Source: Octopus sinensis (Eukaryota). Taken from it: 64,000 nt of DNA. Numbering within the stretch: the stretch's first letter is position 1; each line of letters opens with the position of its first letter. Under the pieces are notes generated by a model. It did not search any database, was not told where the DNA came from, and was given only the letters and a program-made list of their open reading frames with translations. The position numbers were made by a program, and so were the translations under genes. This document shows, piece by piece, positions 12,514 through 24,400 of the stretch. Where the stretch lies: NCBI RefSeq assembly GCF_006345805.1, contig NW_021832235.1:1-64000 (forward strand), read 5' to 3'.

Positions 12514-12952
12514 CAGAAAGAGAGAGAGGGGGAAGAGAGTGAGGAGAGGTGAGTGTGTAAGATATTGCAAAACTCCCAATATCCGTTTCACGAGATTAGC
12601 TCATAATTCCACAGAATGTCAAAATGTATGGAGAAGGTGAAGATTTGGAGGTTGTTTGGAAAGAAACCCATCCTGTTTCTCTGCGAAGCACCCAAGAAAC
12701 GAGTAGAATGGAGTGAATGCTTCCAAAATCCACGGGTAAACAATTCGTATTTAAAAAAAGATTAAGATTAAGATAAAGGAAGAATGGGGAAATTAACTGA
12801 TGAGCAGAGATGCATCAACATACTTTCGTTTTTTAATGTATGTGTGTATGTGGTTGTGTATATGTGTTGAGCAAATATTGTGTATTGTGTGCCGGTATAT
12901 ATGTGTGTGTGTGTACATACGTATATGTATTATGTACTTACGTATGCAGGTA

Positions 12953-14175
12953 TTGAGTTGGCAACTAAGTTCCTGCCGTTTTTTAAAATTTTGGAATCTA
13001 TTTTGTTTCTTTTTCTAGTTAATTTTAGTTAATTTTTGTTTGTTTTCAGATCATTAAAATGGAATGTCAAGTTAAGAAAAAAGTGCATTTTCGACACCTT
13101 CTTAGAATCCTAGGTTCTAAGGCCGCAAAAGCTGCTCGCGACATTTGTGCTGTGTTTGGAGAGGGTGACATAGCTGAAAGAACCGCTCGTTATTCGTATG
13201 CTAAGTTCAAAAATGAAAATTTTGTTCTCAAAGACGCACCTCGTTCTGTCCGTCCAGTTGAGTTCGATGAAGAGCGATTAAGCCAACTTTTCCACGAAAA
13301 TTCTCGTCAGACGACAAGGGAACTGGCAGAGAAAATGGAATGCTCCCACACTGCTACAGAGAAGCAACTTCACTCGATGGGAAAGGTTCAGAAGTATGGA
13401 GCATGGGTTCCGCATGCTTTAAGTGACAACAACAAAAATCAACGAGCCACAATCTCCGCTGGTTTGCTCGCTTGTCACCGCTCAACTCATGGACACAAGC
13501 AACGATTTCTTCACCGAATCGTTACTGGCGACGAAAAATGGTGCCTGTACATCAATATGAAGCAGCGTAAGGAATGGCTTAGCCCCGGTGAACAAGCGAC
13601 ACCGCGCGTGAAACAAGATCTTCATCCGCGTAAAACGATGTTGTGCGTATGGTGGGACTGGGAAGAGATTATCCATTACGAATTGCTTGAACGGAACCAA
13701 ACGGTCAACGCGGAATTCTGTGTTCCACTGATGGAACGACTCAACACGGCTATTCAAGAGAAAAGACCTAATCGTCAACATGGAGTTCTTCTGCTGCACG
13801 ACAACGCCCGCCCTCATATCGCCAATATGACCAAGGAAGCCATTCAAACGCATGGCTGGAAAGTGCTGTCACACCCGCCGTACTCTCCTGATTTGGCACC
13901 AACGGATTTCCACCTCTTTTGATCTCTTTCAAATGCTATGCGCGGAGTTTCGTTCAATAATGATGCAGAATTGAGAGCTTGGTTGGATCAAGTTTTCGAG
14001 TCAATATCAGGTGATTTCTACCAATGAGGTATTGAAAATCTTGTTGATCGTTGGGAAGAAGTTGTAAACAACAAGGGTGAATACATTATTGATTAATTAG
14101 TTGGTATTTTTTATTAATCCTTTTAAAAAATTTAAATTGAAAAAAAAAACGGCGGGAACTTAGTTGGCAACCTAA
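12953..14175 (+). mobile_element. full-length mariner (DD34D) transposon, inactivated
   Basis: Imperfect TIRs TTGAGTTGGCAACTAAGTTCCTGCCGTTTTT / rc TTAGGTTGCCAACTAAGTTCCCGCCGTTTTT, TA at 12951-52 and 14176-77; transposase with WVPHAL, IVTGDEKW, HDNARPH-x34-D, HPPYSPDLAPTD. Confidence 0.95.
13059..14096 (+). pseudogene. mariner transposase with two premature TGA stops
   Basis: In-frame TGA at 13920-22 and 14025-27 (probably CGA>TGA); the frame continues to ..RWEEVVNNKGEYIID* at 14094-96. Confidence 0.9.
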
Positions 14176-14459
14176 TAGTTATTTAAGTGAATATGCATCT
14201 TGAAATTATCCCCCTTTCTCATTGAGAGTCAAAACTAAGTGCCACTTGGCATTTGTTTACCTTCTCCTAAAGTGAAGATATTTTCCGTAAATCAGGAATT
14301 CATCTTGTATGGCATTTAATATACACTCGCTCATCTTATGCTTTCGTTTATACCACTTTATTTATTTTCTTTACAAACACACACGTTTGTGTGTGTTTGT
14401 GCATCTATGTATACACTTAAGCATGTACATTCATGCACAGAAACGAAAACATTCGCTCA

Positions 14460-14516
14460 AATATACATACATACATACATACCTACATACATACATACAT
14501 ACATACATACATACAT

Positions 14517-14549
<33 letters not shown>

Positions 14550-14610
14550 TACATACATACATACATACATACATACATACATACATACATACATACATAC
14601 ATACATACGT
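14460..14610. repeat. (TACA)n microsatellite
   Basis: Direct reading. Confidence 0.95.
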
Positions 14611-15009
14611 GTGTAGATAAACAGTTATACAGAGATAGACATATAGCTAGCTATATGCCTGTCTCTGTCTGACTGTCAGACTGTTTATCTATACACACAC
14701 ACACAAACACACACACACACACATATCGCTAGCTAGCTATATACATATTTGTGTAGCTAGCTGTTAAGCAGAGATATATCAACAAATTTTCCTTCTCTGG
14801 TGTATGTGTTTATACTCCCATTTGTCTTGTGCTCTCGTTTATACCATTTTACCTATTTATCTAAGCCCAATGTTCTGTAGAGTGTCTAAATGCATGGAGA
14901 GGGTAGAGAAGGTGAAGATTTGGAAGTTGGTTGGAAAGAAATCCGCTTTATTTCTTTGCAAAGCACCCAAGAAACGAGCAGAATGTAGTCATTGCATCCA
15001 AAATATGTT

Positions 15010-15300
15010 TCTTTATTAGCCACACAGGGCTGCACACAGACGGGAGCGATTACAAAGTAGAGCTTTTCTTTTTAGGAAGAAAAAAAAAAGTGGGGTAGGT
15101 TTTCGATCAAAAGGGATCGTAAAAGGGAAGAGAAAAAAAGAAAAAGAAGAAAAAAGCGATCAATAGGGATCGTGTATCACAGAAATGTGATGATGTAAAG
15201 TGTAAAGGAGGAAGCAGATAAGGTTTATCCGTGGAAAGAATAGCCTACGGAAAAGACCACGGTAACCTCGGTCAATAATGTCACATGTTAACACATTTGT
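15010..15300 (-). mobile_element. probable LINE 3' UTR remnant
   Basis: Minus strand is pyrimidine-rich and ends ..GTGTGGCTAATAAAGAAA (polyA-signal-like); no coding part seen. Confidence 0.35.
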
Positions 15301-15320
15301 TTGCAAGTAAGTAACCCTCT

Positions 15321-15351
<31 letters not shown>

Positions 15352-15366
15352 AGGGAGAGAGAGAGA

Positions 15367-15416
<50 letters not shown>

Positions 15417-15505
15417 AACAAATAGACAGACAGGCAAATAGACAGATAATTAGACAGATAAAGAGACAAATAGGTAAAAAGACTTATAAAAAGGGGAAAA
15501 GATTG

Positions 15506-15559
<54 letters not shown>

Positions 15560-15824
15560 TGAAAGCCAGACAGAACTAAAACGCCTACACGTGTGCTTGC
15601 CTGTTTGAGAGTGAGCGAATTTGATTGTATGCGTGTCTTATGTGTAATCCCGGAGGAATTACAACAGATAAGAAGCCCATTGAAGCCCATTGAAGCCCAT
15701 TGTGCTACTTTGCTTAACATAAACACAATTAATCCATTACTCACGCTTCATTTGTTTTAACATTAACGAAACAACTTTAGTTCCTTTGTCTATTGCGGAG
15801 GCGTGTAGAAGACAACATGTGACG

Positions 15825-16075
15825 AAACGGTGGTGCGGTGGTGGTGGTGGCGATGGTAGTGGTGGTGGAGTCGATGACGGTGGTGGCAGTAGTGTTTGTG
15901 GATGCCGTCGTGATGATGGTGATGGTGATTACGGTTAGTGGTGGTGGTGGAGGTGGTGAGATTGATGGTGGTGATGGTGGTTTTGGTTTTAGTAATGGAA
16001 GTATTTGATTATGGTGGTTGTGGTGGTCGTCGGAGCAGTGGTAGTGGTGGTGGTGGTGGTGGTGGTGGTACGGGG
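15825..16075. repeat. degenerate (GGT)n tract
   Basis: Direct reading. Confidence 0.85.
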
Positions 16076-16084
16076 CCATTCGAT

Positions 16085-16455
16085 CATATTAAGTTTGACT
16101 GGTATTGATCTTATCGACACAGAAAGGATGAAAGGTAAAGTCGACCTCGTCAGAAATTGAAGTTAGAAAGTATAGATCGATGGACTGCCGCGAAGCATTT
16201 CGTCCGGCGCGGTGACGATTCTGCCAGCTCACCACCCTAAGAAACTAAATAAGGACTTCAAATTTTATCACAAGGCCAGCAATTTGTGGGGAGTGGGTAA
16301 GTCGATTACATTGACCCCAGTACTCAGCTGGCACTTATTTTATCGACTCCGAAGGATGAAAGGCAAAGTCGACCTCGGCAGAATTTGAACTCAGAATGTA
16401 AAAACAGACAAAATATCGCCAAACGTGCTAACGATTCTGCCAGTTGGCCACCTTT
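16085..16455 (-). mobile_element. two tandem SINE family B copies
   Basis: GGATGAAAGG(T/C)AAAGTCGACCTCG..GAA(A/T)TTGAA..CTGCCAG appears twice. Confidence 0.8.
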
Positions 16456-16521
16456 AAGAAACTAAATAATCCTTACATTATTTACATTTGACGGATATTT
16501 GTCCTCATCTTGTTTGTTGTT

Positions 16522-16567
16522 AACACACCGTTTCGGCTGATATACCTTCCAGCTTTCATCAGGTGTC
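16522..16567 (-). ncRNA. degenerate minimal type-I hammerhead motif in a pLTR-like fragment (~16480-16620)
   Basis: Minus strand: GACAC CTGATGA A AGCTGG-AAGGTATA-TCAGCC GAAA CG GT GTGTT; canonical 5' core, stem I GACAC/GTGTT, but U16.1 appears as G and pair 10.1-11.1 is A.C. Confidence 0.6.
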
Positions 16568-16632
16568 TTGGGGAAATTTTGAACCTGGCTTCTCATTCCT
16601 AATGTATTTTTCGATGTTGTTATTATTGTTAT

Positions 16633-16673
<41 letters not shown>

Positions 16674-16675
<2 letters not shown>

Positions 16676-17247
16676 TGACCACATCTCACTCCTCTGGAAC
16701 TTCATCATTCAAACTGACAGAAATATAGATAAAAATAGGCCAGACATCATATTGAAAGACTTCAGACAAAGAACATGCCTCCTCATTGATATGACTGTCC
16801 CAATCGATATAAACGTATCTGTCAAGACCTACCAAAAACTGAGCAAATATAAAGATCTTGAAATAGAAATCAGCAAAATGTGGAACCTGAAGACTAAAAC
16901 AATACCTGTTGTCATAGGTGCCCTGGGAATGATAGCGAAAGGGGCTGATTGCCACCTAACTCAGATACCAGGAAACCCCAAAATGGCAGAAATTCAAAAG
17001 ATAGTGCTCATGGGAACTGCTCATATCCTACGCAAAATACTCTCTATGTAATCCCAAGGTTTAAAACAAACTTTTTTTTAAAAATTTATGTATTAGACAT
17101 TCACTAGTACAACACCAAAAAAAAAAAAACAAATATATGGCACACTAGACATAACAACAACGTGAACTTCCAACCTGTTGTCTCTTGAGGTCTCTGGGTG
17201 AGACTTGGAACCAACTTATACAGACATAAAGCAAAAGTCAAACATAG
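16674..17247 (+). mobile_element. 5'-truncated R4/Dong-type non-LTR retrotransposon (restriction-like endonuclease end + 3' UTR) in (TAA)n
   Basis: Frame HISLLWNFIIQTDRNIDKNRPDIILKDFRQRTCLLIDMTVP..KLSKYKDLEIEISKMW..IPVVIGALG (PD-(D/E)xK RLE signature), stop at 17051; (TAA)n on both sides. Confidence 0.85.
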
Positions 17248-17353
17248 AATAATAATAATAATAATAATAAATAATAATAATAATAATAATTATTATTATT
17301 ATTATTATATTATATTATTATTATTATTATTATTATCATTATTATTATTATTA

Positions 17354-17390
<37 letters not shown>
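17248..17390. repeat. (TAA)n switching to (TTA)n (inverted microsatellite junction)
   Basis: Polarity flips near 17289. Confidence 0.9.
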
Positions 17391-17391
<1 letters not shown>

Positions 17392-17445
17392 GGAATCGAA
17401 CTCGGAATCTTGGAGTTAGTAGCCTGCGCTCTTAACCACAACGCC
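17391..17445 (-). mobile_element. tRNA-like SINE head
   Basis: rc GGCGTTGTGGTTAAGAGCGCAGGCTACTAACTCCAAGATTCCGAGTTCGATTCCA: A- and B-box-like motifs, no complete acceptor stem. Confidence 0.6.
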
Positions 17446-17789
17446 ATAAGCCTTTTCTACTAAAGGCATAAATCCTGAAGTTTGTGGGGAGGGGGCTAGT
17501 CGGTTACATTACCCTATATCCCATTTTCTTTAACTTATAGTCAGAAGAAAAGTGTCCCTGGCTCTTTACAGTCTCCATAACTGTCGGGAATAGAAAGAGA
17601 ATGTATCCTTATACTGAAGAACATGCCTGAATGCTCGAAAGACAGTGGGGTCCTCTAAAGGCATTCCATGTGCCAAGTTAGTGGTATTGAATCAGACAAT
17701 GGACTAAATCTATCGCCTAAGCAGTCCATTGCAAGATTTCAACTCAGAAATGCAAAGAACCGGGGAAAATACCGGAAGGAATCCGATCC

Positions 17790-17950
17790 GACGTTCTTAC
17801 AATTCCGTCAGTCCACCACCCTATATATGAACCCTGAAAAGATGAAAGGCAAAGTTGATCCCAGTGGATTTTGAACTCGGGGCACAGAGATACTGAAAAA
17901 GTACCGTGAAGCATTCTTTCCGACGCTCCAATTCGGCCAATTTGCTGCCA
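17790..17950 (-). mobile_element. diverged SINE family B
   Basis: GATGAAAGGCAAAGTTGATCCCAGTGGATTTTGAACTC.. Confidence 0.65.
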
Positions 17951-18204
17951 ATTGCCTCTTGTCTGATAAAAGAAACTCAAATTAGTTAAGATGCATATCA
18001 GTCTTATAGAAAGAGAAGGCTCAGAAATAAAGGGTTTGTAGCCAAGACAGAAATGGTTTGTAGTTAAGATAACGGCTGAAATCCTTATGCCTTATTTGAT
18101 GATGTAATTCCAAATAACTATCATTTATAGTTAGATCACACATCTCGTAAGAGGGTGCCTCATTGCAAAATCTATTGGTGGATCCCCCCCTCTCTCTCTC
18201 TCTC

Positions 18205-18352
18205 TCAATAGCGTAGCTAGTGGTGGGACGAAGTGACCAGTCCACCATAGGCGTTACCTTTATGGGACTGTATAAACTTGTATAGGCTTGTGGGTCTTGA
18301 GAGTTTGGGGCAAAAACTCAGGGGCTAACTCAGGCGGCACACACTCTAGCTA
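18205..18352. mobile_element. possible small MITE
   Basis: Terminal inverted match GCGTAGCTAG / CTAGCTATGC. Confidence 0.35.
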
Positions 18353-18479
18353 TGCAACTGCTCTCACACCCCTTCCCTCCCGGTGTGTTTATATGTGTGT
18401 GCATGCTTGTACGCGTGTGATTCTTGTTCATTCAACTTGGCTGAGCTACAGGTTAGCTCTTCCACAACGAATATCAGAC

Positions 18480-18985
18480 TGTCATACTGGAGACATGGAA
18501 TTGGCAAAGCCGCAGTTGTCTCCCAGAAAATATGTACTATCTTGTCTTCCAATATCATCAGCTTACACACAAAAATCTGGCTCTACAATAACCAACTTCT
18601 ACTAAAAGCTTTCTATGTTACTGAGATATGGAAGAATGGACATAAAGTTAGATGTCTTCTATCAAAGGTGCTTCAGAAGGATTCCGAGAACGTACTGGCA
18701 AGACCACGTAACCAATGAAGAAGTTTTAAAGACAGCTGACACAAGAACACTTACCGAAATCATCACGGAACGAAGATTGAAACTAGCGGGTCATACACTT
18801 CGGGTGCCAAAACAACGCCCATTCTAAAACAGCTTTCAAATGGATACCATCAGAGGGGAAAAGAAAGAGGAGGCCGACAAGTACATGGTGCATTCATAAA
18901 TGACGAGAAAGGCTAATAGTGTATGGGCGGATGTAGAGAAAACTGCAGCCAACAGAAACCAATGGTGTCAACTTGGGAGATGGCT
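18480..18985 (+). pseudogene. RTE-clade LINE ORF C-terminal relic
   Basis: Across frameshifts: IGKAAVVSQKICTILSSNIISLHTKIWLYN..KLDVFYQRCFRRIPRTYWQDHVTNEEVLK..ITERRLKLAGHTLRVP..KWIPSEGKRKRRPTSTW..AANRNQWCQL. Confidence 0.8.
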
Positions 18986-19149
18986 GAGGGTGTTTGTGGG
19001 GAGGACACACACAACGAACGACGGTGTAATTGGGGCAGAACTTTAGGGTCTTCTGTATAATCTTGTAGTGCGGTTGGGTGACAAGTTCAAGGGCTGCCAC
19101 AGGTGGCACACAGTTTAGCTATGCCATTATTTAAAAGAGATGTGTTTTT

Positions 19150-19555
19150 TAATTTGTTACGTGTTTCAGTCATTGAGCTGCGGCCATACTGGGGCTACCA
19201 CCTTAAAGGTTTTTAGTCGAAAAAATCGACACCAGTTCTTACATCTAAAGCCTGGAACTTATTCTATCGTTCTCCTTTTTCGAACCGTTAAGCTACGGGT
19301 GGCATAAATAAACCAATTCCAGCTCTCAAGGAGTTGGAGAGGAACAACACACACATACACACATTCACACACATATACACACACACTGACACACACACGC
19401 ACTTCCATACAACGTTTACCAAATCATTCATAAGGCTTTGATCAGTTCGAGAAATTAGTGGAAGACATTTGTCCAAGGAACCGCCCGTGCAGTGAGACTG
19501 AAACCCGAAACCACCTGGTTGCAAAGCGACCTTCTTAACCACACAGCCACATTTT
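19150..19555 (-). mobile_element. SINE family A, full length, diverged
   Basis: rc tail (GTTTCAGTCATTGAGCTGCGGCC..), CA tract, rc head (..GAAGACATTTGTCCAAGG..TTAACCACACAGCCAC). Confidence 0.75.
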
Positions 19556-20154
19556 CACCTATATATTGTATGTATATATGTATGTATGTACATACGAATG
19601 TATGAACGTATGCACATACGTATGTATGTACGTATCTACGTATATAAATATGTATCTACGTATCTACGTATATATGTACATATGTACGTACGTATGTATG
19701 TATGTATATATATGTATATATATGTATGTATTTATATGTATGTATATATGTATGTATGTTCTTTAAGAAAAAATTGAAAGGCTTAGTAACAGAAGGAAGT
19801 CCAGCGCCGAAGGCGAGTTTCATGTCATCAGAGAATGATGGTAAGAAAACAGGAAGCCATCCTCAGACGAGAGATCAAACCAAATTCTTGCAACAGACTC
19901 AACGTCACGTCAGATCTACTTAAGAATTACATGAAGTTTTGTTGTGTCTAGAGAGAGACATTACGCCAATAAACGAACTCGCTTGTTTTTTTCATTTGTA
20001 TTCACGAATTCACATAGAGACTCTTTCAAATCAAATACAAAAACGAATTTACGTAAAGGATACACAAGTATGTTGTCCAGATGATCGAACAAGTGGACGA
20101 AAATAGATCGAAATTTACACGAAAGCCAGATCAATTGGTAGAGGTTTCGTCATT

Positions 20155-20203
<49 letters not shown>

Positions 20204-20429
20204 TTCCCTCTCTCTCTCTCTCATGCAGAAATTACGATGGCGTGTGGCAGTAAGTTATCCTCAAAGCCTGGTCAAATTGTTGCAACGCTAAAGGAATCGA
20301 AGGTTTAAGGCAGTGGTGTTAGACTAGTAGATGGATGAACTCCACTACCCAATACCAGGAATGATCCCTTTGTTCTGCCGCGCTTTTATCGGGTTTCCGT
20401 CAACTAAATTTTGTTCATAAGGTTTAAAT

Positions 20430-20731
20430 CAGGGTTTCTTAACCGTTTTTTTTTTTTATCTAAGGACCCCTTTGATTACTATTTTATTCTGGTGGAGACC
20501 ATCACCATTTGATGTTTGAAAACTAATTCTATAGAAACTTCTTTCAAAATTCCTATATTGTTTATCACACATACGGAAAGAAACCAACACACATACACCT
20601 AAAGCAAATTGTTTTTCAGGGCCCTTAAAATACTATTGTGGATCCCTAATTTACTATTTTCTTGTGTGGACTCCCAAAACTCTTATATATGGACCTTCAA
20701 GGGCCATATGGACCCCGGTTGAGAACCACTA
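20430..20731. mobile_element. hAT (Charlie-like) MITE with 8-bp TSD, nested in an old SINE A
   Basis: Ends CAGGGTTTCTTAACC / GGTTGAGAACCACTA; identical GTTTAAAT at 20422-29 and 20732-39. Confidence 0.85.
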
Positions 20732-21156
20732 GTTTAAATTAACCGGGCTAAGATATATAACGCTTGACCAAGATGCTGTGCAGTAGGATCGAACTAAAGA
20801 TCACGGATTTGAAAATTGGACTTATTTATCATATACACCCATAAACCGAACCCATGTTCTAAAACGTGTGCGTGCGAGAGCGGGAGTGTACGAAAAACTA
20901 AAGCGTTAAATACAAGTTTGTAATGAGTGTATATATATGTATGTGGCTGCATGATGACTTATGTATAATAAATGTATGTGTATACGTATTGAGAAATATG
21001 TTTTAATGAGCGAGAGAGAGAGAGAGAGAGAGAGAGAGTGTACATACATGTACACGAGTGTATTTCTTTGTGTGTATATAATTGTTCCACTCCTCTGTTA
21101 ATCTATATCGTGTATTTGAACGTGCGTTATACATTCACCCCATCTTTCTCTTTCTG

Positions 21157-21240
<84 letters not shown>

Positions 21241-21622
21241 TAGATAGATAGATAGATAGATATAGGTAGATAGATAGATAGATAGATAGATACATACATA
21301 CATACATACATACATACGTACAAACATACATACATACATACATACATACATACATACATACATACATACATACATACATACATAAAACACCATAATATAT
21401 ATGAATTCATGTACAAATGCATTTATGTGCCCTTATATTTGGTATTAAGAAAAACATGAATACAGGTTCGTATATATATCTATATATATACGTGTGTGTG
21501 TGTGTGTAATATATATATATATATAGCGAGAGACAGAGACAGATAGACAAACAGACAGACCGACAGACCTGGAACGAGAGGTAAAGGCTCACCTGTAATA
21601 ATATCATAAAAGCAAACTTCAC

Positions 21623-21699
21623 CTTTCTACTCGTTTACATATGTCCTCTGTCACCAACAGTTCACCAGTAACTCGGAGTAACAGCCCTGTACAACTCTC
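21623..21699 (-). other. candidate exon
   Basis: Minus strand: CATTTCCCGTTAG acceptor, open frame ESCTGLLLRVTGELLVTEDICKRVE, donor AG|GTGAAG. No homology recognised. Confidence 0.2.
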
Positions 21700-22169
21700 C
21701 TAACGGGAAATGAATGACAGCAACCTCTAGTCTGGTAACAGTGTACACACAAATACACACATACAGTCCAAGTGTCACTAACAGCCACTTACTTTTACTA
21801 AATAAACTATATCGTTCGCTTCCTACTGAACAAATAACACAGCAAGAGACAGAGAGTGATTGTAAACATAAACGATTTCATTGGTTGATTTTCCCATTCG
21901 TCGTTGTTGTCGTTCATTTTGTATTTATGTATTTATTTTTATCTCTATTTGTTCTTATTTGTTTCTTTTCATGTATATATTTCCCTTTTAATTTACTTTT
22001 TATGTTTTTGTTTTTATGATTTTCGTATTTTATTTTATTGAACCATCAGGGTGTCTGACATAAGGCAATTTTACTATATTTACTTGCAGTCCTTTACCTT
22101 CTGGGTTCAAATCTCACCAAAGTCGATTTAACATTTCGTTCCTTCGGGGTTATTTTAATAGACTGAAGC

Positions 22170-22207
22170 CTCGTTCAAATAATAATAATAATATAATAAT
22201 AATAATA

Positions 22208-22278
<71 letters not shown>

Positions 22279-22286
22279 TAATAATA
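22170..22286. repeat. (TAA)n microsatellite
   Basis: Direct reading. Confidence 0.95.
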
Positions 22287-22826
22287 CCAGGCAGTGGCTC
22301 TCATGGCTTCTGATCTTAACTGATTGGAAGTGTTATCATGTACATTGTTTTGTCTTGGTATAAAAGATGGGCTACAGCAAATATTCTGCTCAGTACCACA
22401 GATTTGCTTGTCAGTTGTTTGACCTTAACCAGTTGAGCATGTCCCTAAGTGGCTGACGATATGTGCATCTCTGATCACGAGCAGAAGTAGTGGGGGAGCA
22501 TCATAGCCGTGTGTTGAGAGGGATTCTTAGAGTTTTGGATAATTCACCTTTAGAAACATAGGTGGTTCGTTCAACATCCTTAAACAACCCTTATTCAGGG
22601 ACCTTTTGAGCGGGATGGGTTACTTGACCAGAAGAAAATTTTAATTGGGCCCCACCTCAAGGTCATGTGCTGTTTATCTTGATATGAGATCACCACGTCG
22701 CGAACATATGGTTGTGATGCATGTGCCTGGTGTACCCTTATCAGACGGGTAGTCACGATGGGTATACTGGGATTCGTATATTTGTACCCCAGTGTTACTT
22801 TGATGGCATGCACTGTTCTCTCACAC
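22287..22826. mobile_element. probable non-coding retroelement fragment bounded by TAA repeats
   Basis: About 540 bp of complex sequence, abrupt start after (TAA)n and end at ..CTCTCACAC|AATAATAA. Confidence 0.4.
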
Positions 22827-23995
22827 AATAATAAAGTTTTGGTATCAAAACTTTCGTTGCACCAATTGCAACTTGTTCCCCGACAAAGTTCAGCTGCATC
22901 TAATTTGGGTGAAGTTGTTGTTTGGTACATACACAGCTTTCAGAATTATAAAAAATATCTTTATCTATGTAGGTTAGTTGTTCTGATTGTCCTTGCCTGG
23001 TGCTAGTTGTTGGTATGTTAGCGTGGTATTTCGTTGTAATTCACAAGCCTTCTCTTTACATTTCTATGTTAACATTTTATAGTTCGATTATAGTTCGTGC
23101 TTCTCTCTGATCCTCTAGGTATGTGTGTGGAAATGACATTACGATTTTCATGTTTTGTTAAAGACGCTAATGGCACACGTGAAGTGAATGGTGTGATTGG
23201 TTTTAACTGTGAATAGAATATGGCCAACAATCGATTACTCTGTTACGACTCTCGTCAATAACTATAACAGTATTAAAAGTAACAACAATAACAATACTGG
23301 TTTCTAAATTTCGTAACAGATATTTTGTTACAAATATGTTGTGGGTGAGTTTTGTTCATTTGATTCAGATCAGTTCATAATTAATACATGTAAACTTTGG
23401 AGGCCTCGGTGTCGACTTCGGTGGATTATCTTCCTTAAGGCCTTTTGCTCTCTGTGGAGCATAGTCATCAACGATTTTTTCCTCCACTGACCTCGACTAT
23501 GGATTGTCTTTCTTGCTGCTTTCTAGTTGGACCCTTGTTTCTTGCAGCTTGCTTTCAGCTTTTGCAGCGCCGTGTTATATGCTTTCTCTCTCCGTCGTTA
23601 TTGGTTTTGAATTCTCATCGATACATTCCATAACATTGCTTTCTTTTAAGGTCAGTCACTGTGTATGCGAATAAAAACCCGAAATTAGGGGAATGGAGTA
23701 GATAAACCTATCTTTTGGCGATAGGTTTAGCTTCATGTATTTCCCATTTCCATGTCTTCCACACAACGTTCAGAAAATTCAGAACAAACAGTAATATGTA
23801 AAACCCAAGGATCAAGCAACCCCCAGCTGCTCACTGTACACTATAAAATAAATCTTATCAGCTTATCGAACTTCGATATGTGAAAATTTAAAACCTTCTA
23901 GGTCAACAAACCTTGAGGCTGCTTTTCATACCGTCTATAGACTGCTCGAAGATTACTAACTTCCTACACTTTGATCCTCGGATGGATCTAGCCTT

Positions 23996-24049
<54 letters not shown>

Positions 24050-24051
<2 letters not shown>

Positions 24052-24185
24052 CGCAGGCGTAACTGTATGGTAAGAAGTTTGCTTCTCAGCCACATGGTTC
24101 CGGGTTCAGTCCCATTGTGGGGCATGCTGGAAAAATGTCTTCTGCTATTTCCTCGGACCAACCGAAAGCATTGTCGTATGCGTGT

Positions 24186-24232
<47 letters not shown>

Positions 24233-24400
24233 TGTGTGTGCGTGTGTGTGTGTTTGTGTTTGTTCTCCACCACTGCTGGACAACCGGTGTTGGTTTATGT
24301 ACTTCTCCGTATCTTAACGGTTCGGCAAAAGAGACCGATATCAGTTCCAGACTTCAGAATATAAGTCCTGGGGGTCAACGCGATGTCCCAGCATTGCCTA
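24050..24400 (+). mobile_element. SINE family A
   Basis: GGCGCAGGCGTAACTGTATGGTAAG..GGTTCCGGGTTCAGTCCC, TG tract, tail. Confidence 0.75.

Noticed and set aside
13482-13853. 123-aa minus-strand ORF
   Set aside because: Antisense shadow of the mariner transposase.
12625-15008. ~110-bp repeat at 12625-12735 and 14895-15008 flanking the mariner
   Set aside because: The copies are diverged and not adjacent to the TIRs; likely independent fragments of an old repeat rather than a composite transposon.
17391-17445. tRNA gene (also other SINE heads)
   Set aside because: A/B boxes are present but there is no complete cloverleaf; these are SINE heads.
22827-22880. CNWCNESFDTKTLLL zinc-finger-like peptide on minus strand
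   Set aside because: The histidine ligands are absent (cut by the TAA-bounded insertion); too short to call.
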